A stretch of DNA of 64,000 nucleotides from the NCBI GenBank assembly GCA_016861025.1, contig BOKO01000006.1:106839-170838 (forward strand), read 5' to 3'. The position numbers and the translations under genes are program-made. Numbering within the stretch: the first letter of the stretch is position 1; the number at the start of each line of letters is the position of its first letter. The notes under the pieces were generated by a model, which was not told where the DNA came from, searched no databases, and saw only the letters and a program-made list of their open reading frames with translations. Positions 19,287 to 28,400 of the stretch are shown here, one piece after another. The stretch comes from Chloroflexota bacterium. GTDB taxonomy: Bacteria; Chloroflexota; Anaerolineae; Caldilineales; Caldilineaceae.

Positions 19287-19690
19287 AAGTTCTACTCCTT
19301 TTTGTGATGCAGTTTGTGATGCAGCCGACTGATTCCACTAGAAGCCACGTCGTGCTGATGAGGACGGATGTAAATCTGGTTTCTCCCGAAGTACGCCGTG
19401 CAAAGTGTACCAAAGAGCAATCAATCAGTCTATTTCCGGCGGCATTTGCAGACAGTTTGCCCTGGCGCTTCATCGCTATGTTTTACAGGAACGACCAACC
19501 AAGACAAGGCGAAATCGGTGCATTTCTTTTATCAACGATTGTGAATTTTCTAACATATATAGACTTCCAGGTTTTGTATGATAATACTTTGGTTTGTTTG
19601 AAGGTGTACAAACCTATTAAAAATGGAGGTCGCTGCGGTGGAACCGCAAAGCAAAAAAGAGCGTTCTCCAATATGAAAGGATGATAGTGT

Positions 19691-19933
19691 ATGTTTGACT
19701 ATAACTTTTTAATGATGTCACGACACGAATACGAAGAGCGGATTCGCAAAGCGGAGCAGGAGATCCTGGCGCAGCAATCACGGCCACAACAGCCCACCGC
19801 CTGGGATCGATTGCTCTTTGCGATTGGGCAACGGCTTGAACGCTTTGGCGCCTATCTGAAGGCGCAGCATCAACCGGAGCGACGCTACCAGCCTGCGCCC
19901 ATGCACCAGAGCTACCGCGGGCGCGCCAGCTAA
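19691..19933 (+). CDS. Small protein (80 aa) of unknown function, 'ERIRKAEQE...GQRLERFG' type
   Basis: aaagga RBS; resembles the small ORF at 52146-52370. Confidence 0.7.
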   Translation: MFDYNFLMMSRHEYEERIRKAEQEILAQQSRPQQPTAWDRLLFAIGQRLERFGAYLKAQHQPERRYQPAPMHQSYRGRAS

Positions 19934-20005
19934 GCGATGACCGCCAGCGCAGATACAATGACGCATCTGCGTCGCACAAAATTTAATATGCAAAAGTAGC
20001 GCCGT

Positions 20006-22126
20006 TCAAATGAGCGGCGCTTCGCTTTGTGTAGCTGTTGCAACGTTCGAGAAAGAAGCCGGCGGTTCGATGAACAGGGATCGCTTCTGCGCAGCTACTT
20101 CCTGTTGCAGATAGCTGCGTTGCACTTTATCGAGCGCGGCGCACAGATATGTTCGATAGAGATGGTGGCGAAAGCGATAGCGTGCGACTTTCCTGTCACC
20201 CAGGTGTGCCATATCCATGGCGGTGACCATCTGATAATGATGCGTGAGAGCGCCGCTCAAATGCTCAATCGCCGTTTTGAGATCAAGGTCGCAGACAGCA
20301 GCGGCAATTTCGGCGGTGAACTCATCGCCTTCGACACAGGCGGCATCGAGAAGAGCGCGGTCGATCTCTGGCAAGCGATCGACTCGACGACGGATGAGCG
20401 CTTCGACGCGTGGCGGCAATAACTCCCAATTGATGCTGTCGGTCGCCCGCCACCCAGCCGGATCGCGTCTACACTGGCCGGATTCACACAGCGCTCGCAG
20501 CATCTCTACAGTGAACAGAGCGTGACCCTCGGTGTGCAGGAAAAGCTCTCTGCGAAAGCGATCGTCGAACAGATTCGGTTCACAGTCGAGCAGTGCATCA
20601 ATAAACTCACGCCCATCCACCTGGTCAAGATCGATCAAACAAACCTCGGCGTGTTGGCGCGACTCCTGGACAAGCTCGTTCAACCAGTGAGCGGATTCAT
20701 CTCGATTCGCAAAATAGGGGCGGTATGCGCCGATCAAAAGAAGGCGGCTCTCATTTAGTCGCTGCACCAAATCAAACAGCATTGCAAGTGTGGCGATGTC
20801 CGCCCATTGCAGGTCGTCCAGCGCCAGGAGAACCGGTTGACACAGCGCCTTACGCTTTAGCTCATGAGCGAGTTGGATGTGAAGCGAAGAGAATGGCGGG
20901 GCAAGCCGGTGCGTAGTGGCATAGCCATAGCTCGATGCAAATTCCGCCGAGCCAGGATCTCGATTCAACAGGAAAGAGGCTGCGGTCGGCGGGGGCGCCG
21001 CGTCGATCCAACGCTGAATTTCAGCCCCGCCGCCAAAGATCGACAACAGACAGTCAATCAGCGGCTGGCAGGGAATCCCAATCCCAGCCAGCTTTGTACA
21101 GGCGGCGACGCCGATCAGCCACGGCTGATCGCTGCATCTGATCTGGTGGACAAACGCATCAAGCAGAGCGCTCTTGCCGCTGCCAGATTCACCTGCTATG
21201 AACACGACGCAGCCGCGGTTTCGCTCCGTCTGCTGCGCGCATTCAGACAGCAAGGCGATCTGTTTTGTACGGGTGCGGGCAACAGATTCAACGTTGCACT
21301 CATGTCCTAGCCATTCAATGTGTGAAGGGTTGGCTTCCACGAACCCCTTGGAGTCGCCAACGGCAACCAGACGCCCTGCCCGAATGGCGTCAGCCAGCTC
21401 GGCTGTCTGTGGTTCCGGTTCTGCGTCAAGTTCGTCCAATATATGCCGGCGAAACGCCGAGTAGTGGAGCAGAGCGGCCGATCGCTCGCCATGATCGACC
21501 AGCAACCGCATCAGCCCGCGATGCGCCGCCTCATGGTAAGGGTCGATGAGAAGACAACGACGATAGAGCGCCAGCGCCGCATCATCATCGGCGTGGAGAT
21601 AGCGGTACTCGGCCAGCGCACAAAATAGTGCAGCAGCGGACAATGCCACCTCGCTGCGAATTGCTGTTGTCCACTGCTCGAACTCCGGGCAGGCATCCAA
21701 CTCGAAACCATCGAGAAACGGCCCGCGATACAATGCCGCCGCCTGGGCGAGATGTTCGGCCCAATCGGATTCGGTCTTTGGCGTTTTGGCGAGGGACAAA
21801 AAATGGATCAAGTCGACGAATACGTCGCTCGCTATGTTGAATTGCACCGTTTCGCGGGTGATCAGCAGACATGGCGGCTGTCTGTTCCTGTCGTCAATCA
21901 CCGCACGCAGATTAGCCAATATGCGCCGGAAGTTGCCGCACACAACGTCGAGCGGCTGCGCCGACCAAAGCAGCTCCGCCAATCGTTCGCGTGGATGAGG
22001 GGCGTCATGCTCGACCGCCAGATACGCCAACAGCGCGCGCGCCTTATTAGACTCGAAGCGGGCGTCCACTTTGTGGTCAAGAAGCAATTGAAACGAACCC
22101 AAGAGGTTGAGCGTGAGTCGGTTCAT
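20006..22126 (-). CDS. SARP/AfsR-like transcriptional regulator (wHTH + BTAD + AAA ATPase), 706 aa
   Basis: ATG 22126 after ggagg; 'LLGSFQL..KARALLAYL..RERLAELLW', BTAD 'DPYHEAAHRGLMRLL', Walker A GESGSGKS, Walker B LDDLQWAD. Confidence 0.92.
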   Translation of the reverse strand: MNRLTLNLLGSFQLLLDHKVDARFESNKARALLAYLAVEHDAPHPRERLAELLWSAQPLDVVCGNFRRILANLRAVIDDRNRQPPCLLITRETVQFNIASDVFVDLIHFLSLAKTPKTESDWAEHLAQAAALYRGPFLDGFELDACPEFEQWTTAIRSEVALSAAALFCALAEYRYLHADDDAALALYRRCLLIDPYHEAAHRGLMRLLVDHGERSAALLHYSAFRRHILDELDAEPEPQTAELADAIRAGRLVAVGDSKGFVEANPSHIEWLGHECNVESVARTRTKQIALLSECAQQTERNRGCVVFIAGESGSGKSALLDAFVHQIRCSDQPWLIGVAACTKLAGIGIPCQPLIDCLLSIFGGGAEIQRWIDAAPPPTAASFLLNRDPGSAEFASSYGYATTHRLAPPFSSLHIQLAHELKRKALCQPVLLALDDLQWADIATLAMLFDLVQRLNESRLLLIGAYRPYFANRDESAHWLNELVQESRQHAEVCLIDLDQVDGREFIDALLDCEPNLFDDRFRRELFLHTEGHALFTVEMLRALCESGQCRRDPAGWRATDSINWELLPPRVEALIRRRVDRLPEIDRALLDAACVEGDEFTAEIAAAVCDLDLKTAIEHLSGALTHHYQMVTAMDMAHLGDRKVARYRFRHHLYRTYLCAALDKVQRSYLQQEVAAQKRSLFIEPPASFSNVATATQSEAPLI

Positions 22127-22219
22127 AGACGCCTCCAACTTGCGACGATGCCAGCAAGAGCGCTCCCCCAACTATTTCCAGTATAGCACGATTTAGGGCC
22201 GCCCGCGCCTGACAGTTTA

Positions 22220-22251
22220 CGCGCGGTCTCCGCGCGCTCCTCCGCTATGAT
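22220..22251 (+). promoter_or_regulatory. Candidate SARP-type direct repeats (11-bp period) abutting a -10-like TATGAT
   Basis: cgcgcggtctc (22220-22230) and cgcgcgctcct (22231-22241), then tatgat (22246-22251), in the divergent SARP/protease spacer. Confidence 0.3.
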
Positions 22252-22308
22252 GAAAACAGTCGGAGCTTGTCTTTACTGTGACAATCGAAATAGAAAGGAG
22301 AACAGGTT

Positions 22309-24531
22309 ATGCGGATCCAAGCAAAAGGCTGGCGATCGGTGCGTGCATGGGCGCGATGGCTATCGCTGCTGATAACAATTGCGATGTTCTGCAACATGGC
22401 GCTGCCAGCGGCTGCGTTGGCTGCAACGCCTGCAAATGTCGCTCCCCCTGATTCTCAGCAGGAGGCGTCCATTGCCGACCAGGAAGCCGGGTGCAACAAT
22501 GTGCGCACGGTCGCCATGCACCAAACGTTGACAAGGAGCGTGGCTCAGCAATCGGCTGGACCGGAGTGGATTAAGTTTTCGGCGCAGGCGAACGCCCGCT
22601 ATCGACTGCAGGTGACAAGCGGTGAAGCGCTGCAATTGTCGCTGCGGGCAGGGTGCGCGCAGAATGCGCCCACCGTTCCCCTGCGCAATGGTCAGTTGGA
22701 ATTTACTGCGCTGCGCGATGGCGACTTCTATCTTCTAGTCGACGCCAGCGGAGTGACTGGCGCCTTTAGCTACGCGGTCGCACTCGAACCAGCAGCGCCC
22801 TTCCGTCCCAATGCGGCGACATTGGCTGAGGTGCCAGAAGCTGTCCTGCGCCGCGCGACAGAGTTTCTGGAGGAGCTGCGCGGCAGCGACCTGGCGCCTG
22901 AGTGGAGAGACGCTCGCATCAATCCCGAGGCGCACATCTTCTATCGTCCCGACATCCAGGCGGCAGCCTACTATGAGTTCACTGTCGAAAAACCTGTGGC
23001 GCAGGGCTTTGAGCCGGCCGGATACATCGAACTGTCTTCGGGCGAACATGATTATCCGGTGACAAGTTGGGGCGTCACCGGCATCTCGCCAGCCGGTGAG
23101 CTTGTCGAACTTGCGCCGCTCAATGTAAGGCTGACTGAATTCTACCGGCTCGATATGCAGTCCTACGCCGCTGAATATGAAGAACTGAGTGCAGTCGGCG
23201 TGGCGACGCTGTCAGATGATGTGGTCACGCTCGGCTCGATGCCCGACCGCATTGAGGGACTTGACGCAGTTCCCGATGAGCCTTTTGACCTTGTGACAGA
23301 AAGCGCCGACACCGAAGGCAACAAGGAATATGAGGGGCCGACCGAACTGCCGCTGCTCGAAGAAAGCCCCTTCGATACGTGGGCTGACCTGAAAGCCGAG
23401 TACAAAGATGTCTTTGCGCCAATGAATCGGTCGCTGAAACAGCGTGCAAGCAGCGCCTGGGAACTCGACAACAATCTTCGCAGATATGGCGAGTCGTTGG
23501 TCAAAGATGATGTCCGCACCGTCTATGGGCTGGCGGGCCAGACGATCGATGCGCTGAGCGTAACCGGTGTGGGAGCGTCGGCGCAGTATCTGCAACAAGA
23601 AGAAGTGCGCAACGAAGGCGTGTTGGCAGGCGTCAGGCTGACCGTTCTCGACGAGCCAGCCGACAAGGACGTCCTCCTACCTTTCGAGGTCTCCTTGAAG
23701 TACACCAGCGGCATGACGGAGAGCATCAAATTTGCGATCGTCGCAGCCGCGGCGCTGCGGAGCGGCAATGTCTATCTGCCTTTGATCTCCACAAGCGGTG
23801 GAAACTTTGCCAACGCCGCCTCTGTTCAGGCGCCCGAAACAGTCGCTTCGTGGGGACCCTGGAGCTACTGGTGGGCGGATGGCGATGCGGGCGCAATCCT
23901 ATACAACCAGTTCCCATCGGGGTCGGCGCCCAACACATCGGCGTGCTGGAGCGGCTGCGGCGCCACTGCCTGGGCCATGATCTTCGGTTGGGTTGACCGT
24001 CGCGCAGCAGAAAACCATTGGCGCTGGATCAACCATTGGGGCATCTATCGGATCAATGGCGGCCTGGGCGCCAATGCCGTGGCGCCGCTGCCGATGGACA
24101 CCGGCGTCCGAAACATGACCTGGGAAATCCGCAATCGCATGGGAACCTATTGCAGCGGCAGCGGGGGCGCAACCTCGTTTTCGCGCATGATCGATGCGAT
24201 TGAGTATGTGCGGCCGCGCGCAACGGCAGCCGCTGTCATGACCACGCGCTACGATCCAACCAAGCTCTGTTGGTTTGGCGCCTGCAACGACGCCCGCAAC
24301 CTTGCCAAAGATTCGATCGTGGTGCGCCAGACGCCAGCCATCGTTGGGTACAACAACCACTATGCCATGGCGTACGGCTATGCCCATCGCAGCAAGACAA
24401 GTTGCTTCCTGTTCTGGTGCTGGACAGACTGGTCGCGCTGGTTCTACGTCAATCAGGGCTGGGGCGGGTCTGGCAACGACTGGATCAACTGGGACGACGT
24501 CCATTTTGGTGCAGTGTACAGGAATCCATGA
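22309..24531 (+). CDS. Secreted protein with PPC-like module, acidic propeptide-like region and C-terminal papain-fold (C10/streptopain-like) cysteine protease domain, 740 aa
   Basis: aaggag RBS; signal peptide; SGCGATAWAM (Cys), NNHYAMAYGY (His), YVNQGWGG (Asn); internal GNVYLPLIS motif. Confidence 0.8.
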   Translation: MRIQAKGWRSVRAWARWLSLLITIAMFCNMALPAAALAATPANVAPPDSQQEASIADQEAGCNNVRTVAMHQTLTRSVAQQSAGPEWIKFSAQANARYRLQVTSGEALQLSLRAGCAQNAPTVPLRNGQLEFTALRDGDFYLLVDASGVTGAFSYAVALEPAAPFRPNAATLAEVPEAVLRRATEFLEELRGSDLAPEWRDARINPEAHIFYRPDIQAAAYYEFTVEKPVAQGFEPAGYIELSSGEHDYPVTSWGVTGISPAGELVELAPLNVRLTEFYRLDMQSYAAEYEELSAVGVATLSDDVVTLGSMPDRIEGLDAVPDEPFDLVTESADTEGNKEYEGPTELPLLEESPFDTWADLKAEYKDVFAPMNRSLKQRASSAWELDNNLRRYGESLVKDDVRTVYGLAGQTIDALSVTGVGASAQYLQQEEVRNEGVLAGVRLTVLDEPADKDVLLPFEVSLKYTSGMTESIKFAIVAAAALRSGNVYLPLISTSGGNFANAASVQAPETVASWGPWSYWWADGDAGAILYNQFPSGSAPNTSACWSGCGATAWAMIFGWVDRRAAENHWRWINHWGIYRINGGLGANAVAPLPMDTGVRNMTWEIRNRMGTYCSGSGGATSFSRMIDAIEYVRPRATAAAVMTTRYDPTKLCWFGACNDARNLAKDSIVVRQTPAIVGYNNHYAMAYGYAHRSKTSCFLFWCWTDWSRWFYVNQGWGGSGNDWINWDDVHFGAVYRNP

Positions 24532-25355
24532 TGAAGCAATGGATTGGCGTCGATTGTAGAGTCGTGATGGGTGCGTTCCTTCTGCTGCTTTTTGCGGCAG
24601 TGGGATGCGCACCCATTGCGACCGCGCCAGGTCAATATCGATTGCTCGTTGTCGACGCCGAGAGCCGAGAGCCGCTTTCCGGCGTCGTTGTGATGTTGCA
24701 CGCCTTTCCAGCGTCTCCTGACGCGCCCGACCCGAACGCAGTGCATGTGAAAGGGAACGATCAGGGAGAAGTTTTGGCGCCCAGATATCATGAAGGGCCT
24801 GTGCTCTGGCAGGTGCAGGCCCCCGGCTACATCGAGCAGCGTATGTCATCGACCAAAGGCGGCGTCCCAGCGCGCTATGCTGCGCTGGCGGATGAGAAGT
24901 ATGACGGCGTCATCCCCTTATATCGCCTGCCGGAGCCGAAGTTGATCGTATTGCTCGACGACGCCTACACAGGGCCGCTGACGATCAATCTGCATCCTGC
25001 GCCGGGCTTTGCGTACCGGACGGTTGGCGAGATCAGCAAAGTGTTCGCACCGGTGGGAGCGGAAGCAAGTTTTGTTCAGGGTGTGTCAGGGGAGCGCACC
25101 TTCACTACAACAGCGTCGCGAGAAGGTCAAGTCGATGTAACAGTGACGCCCCTTCTCTTTGATATTCAAACACACCAACTGCAGGTGGTCGATGAGAGCG
25201 GCGCGCTGCCCTATCGAGACATCGCCGACGCAGAGAACAGTGGCCGGGGAGTGTGGGGCGTTGTCACGGAAGACGACAAATTGCTCCACGAGCAAATACG
25301 TCTTTTTATTGGAAGCCGCGACGCCTATCTTGAGTTTTTGCAGACCCGTCCCTGA
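24528..25355 (+). CDS. Putative lipoprotein, 275 aa
   Basis: ATGA overlap with upstream stop; lipobox LLLFAAVGC; prealbumin-like 'VVDAESREPLSGVVV'. Confidence 0.7.
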   Translation: MMKQWIGVDCRVVMGAFLLLLFAAVGCAPIATAPGQYRLLVVDAESREPLSGVVVMLHAFPASPDAPDPNAVHVKGNDQGEVLAPRYHEGPVLWQVQAPGYIEQRMSSTKGGVPARYAALADEKYDGVIPLYRLPEPKLIVLLDDAYTGPLTINLHPAPGFAYRTVGEISKVFAPVGAEASFVQGVSGERTFTTTASREGQVDVTVTPLLFDIQTHQLQVVDESGALPYRDIADAENSGRGVWGVVTEDDKLLHEQIRLFIGSRDAYLEFLQTRP

Positions 25356-25492
25356 GATGCGCCTGCTGTCCTTTCTGTTATGAAAGTGAATATGAAAGTG
25401 AACGAAAAGATTCGGTGAAGCGAGGAGACCGACCACCTTGCGAAGGCGTGGGATTGCCATGTCTCCTGAGGCTGAAAGGGGGAGACGGAATT

Positions 25493-28400
25493 ATGTCTTG
25501 CAACCTATCAGTACGACGGTCGTGCATCGGGTGTTGTACACAGCAGATATTTCAGAGGCTGGGCAATGGTTTGACGATTGCATCGACGCCAACGCTGCGC
25601 AAGGTGAACGGGATGCAAGTCACCTGGCTTACTCTTCTGCTGCTTGCAAGTCTGACGATAAGTGGGGCGGTGCTGTCGGCTGATCAGCCCGATGCGTTGG
25701 CAAGTCCGCAGCAAGCACAACCCTTTCCACAAGCAGCGGCGCCGGACCTGGTGGTCACCGGCATTACGCTCACACCTGCCAATCCTGGCGCAGGGGGGAC
25801 TGCAGATATCGAAGTGGTGGTGAAGAACCAGGGGGATGCGGGGACCACGACAGGGTTCAATTTGTATCTGTACGTCGAACCCGCCGATGAACCGCCAACG
25901 CAAAGCACGGCTTACACAATCTTCGCCGGCTATGCACTGCCGCTGCCGCCGGGCGGGAGTTTCAAATATACACGCACAGGCCAGGTTTTTGCTCACTCCC
26001 CGCCCAAAGTCTATGCCTGGGTTGACCCGCCGTGGGAGAATCGGGTTGTCGAGTCGAACGAAGAGAACAATCTATACCCGCCAACCGCAAGCCAGGGCGA
26101 CGCCTACGAAGACGACGATATCTGCACCAATGCAAAGTCGATCACGCCGGACGGCGCCGTGCAAGATCGCAATCTGTATCGAGACCCGGACAGCGACGTG
26201 GACTGGATCAAGTTCAACGGGACAGGCGGCGTAACCTACGTGGCCGAAGCGAGCGCAGTCGGTGCAGACGCTTCGCTGGTGATCGAGTTGATGGATCGGT
26301 GCGACGGGCCGCCAAGCTTTGGGAGCGGCGCCAAACTGGAGTTCACCGCACCGGCGGACAACACATACTATGTCAAAGTGTCGCATGTCAGCCCGACCTA
26401 TGGCCCGGACAACGCCTATCAGTTTCGAGTCACCAGCGACGCCGGCTGCACAAATGCCTTTGAACCCAACAACTCTTGCGAACTCGCCAGCGACCTGCCA
26501 CTCGACACAGCGCAGACGCACACCTTTTGTGAGGCTGGGGATGTCGACTGGATGCGCATCGCTGTCAGCGCCGGATCGCGCTATACGGTGACAGCGACGA
26601 ATGTCGGTCAGCAAGCTGGCGCGCACCTGGGGCTATACATGACCTGCGCCGACGCCGCTCCCGCCGCCACAGGCGGCGCCCTTCAGTTCACCGCTGCACA
26701 AGCTGGCTATGCCTATATCAAGGCGGCGCATCAAAACACTGCAGCACATGGTCCGGCCACCAACTACACAGTGAAAGCGGAATTGATGGGCCAGGCTGGC
26801 TGCACGCGAGATAGTTTCGAGGCGGACGACAATGCCGCCGATGCCAAACCGATCGGCACGACGGGTTCGATACAGAGCCGAAATTTTTGTCCTGCCGGCG
26901 ATGGCGATTGGGTCAGATTTGCCGCGGTCACGGGCGTCACCTATAACATCGAGACGCTCAACCTGGCTGCGGCGGCTGACACTGTTCTTTGTCTGCATTC
27001 AATCAATGGCAATCAACTTGTCTGTGATGACGACAGCGGTGCAGGAAAAGGCTCCCGTCTTATCTGGACGCCGCCTGCCGCCGCCGACTATCTGCTCCAC
27101 ATTAAGGACCTCTCACCCAGTGTGGCGGGTGAAGAGACAAGATACGATCTACGCATCTCTCGCGGCCTTTGTCAGAAGGACGGTCAGGAAGATGACAATT
27201 CTCGCGACCAGGCGAAGGTGATCCTCCCGAATAGCCCGGCGACAGCTCACAACTTCTGTCCTGGCGATGACCAGGATTGGGTGGTATTCGCCGCAGCGCC
27301 CGGCGTCTCCTACATCATCGAGACAATCGACCCCGGCCCTGATGCGGATACGGTGATCGAACTCTACAACGCCGGAGGTTCACTCCTGGCGCAGAACGAT
27401 GACCATACGCCGGGAACCGTCTCGCGGGTCGTATATGTCCCAACCGGCGCGCTCAATCTTTTTGTCAAGGTGCGGCAATACAACCCCAGTTATTTTGGCG
27501 CCGGCGCCGAATATTCGCTGCGCATTGCTCAGGGCGTCCCCACACCCACGCCCACGCCCGTCGTCACGCCCACGCCGACGCCCACGCCTACGCCCAATCC
27601 GTCGACGGTGCGCACGCTGATCCTGGTCAATCGCGCCCGGCTCGTGCAGTTGCATGGCGAGACCGAAGTGGCGCCGCTGATGAGTAAGCTGGCGGAGCTG
27701 GCGCAGCACGAGCGGGTGCGCGGTGAGATCATCCGGCTGGATAACAATACGGAAGTGAGTGCAGCCTACGCTGTCTGGCAGAGCGATCTTGGCAATGCTG
27801 AGAAAGCAAATCAACTGACGAGCGCAATTCGCAATGTGGTGGTGAACTATCTCGCAGAGCGCAGCGGCGTCGAGTATCTGATCCTGGTCGGCGATGACCG
27901 CGCCTTGCCGATGCGCCGCATCCTGGATCAGACGCCGCGCGTGTCAGAGGCAAGCTACAAACACACAGACGTCGGCAACCCAACCGGCGCGGCGCTGAAG
28001 GCAAATCACTTTCTTTCCGATGATTATTTCAGCGACCGCGAGCCGACGCTCCTGCAAGGACGCGAGCTCTACATTCCCGACCTGGCGACGGGGCGTCTGA
28101 TCGAAACGCCTGCCGAGATGATTGTGCAGATCAACGCTTTCCTGGCGAGACCGGTCACCGTCGTCGACAATATTTTGATCACCGGTTACGACTTCGTGCA
28201 GGATTTGGCGGCTGAAGATTGCACCGACTGGTCGAATGACTTCGGTGCATCGAAAGTCGACTGCACGCTGATTGGCGATTCGTGGACCGGACAATCCTTC
28301 CGTGCGCTGCAGTTGCGCACAACTGCGCCCTTCACAGTGCAATCGATCAACGGCCACGCTTCGCACTACGCCGAAGGCGCGCCTGTCGGCAATGCGATCC

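Noticed and set aside
19304-19684. 126-aa ORF in the icd/small-protein spacer
   Set aside because: Lies across an AT-rich divergent promoter region with no RBS and non-protein-like composition.
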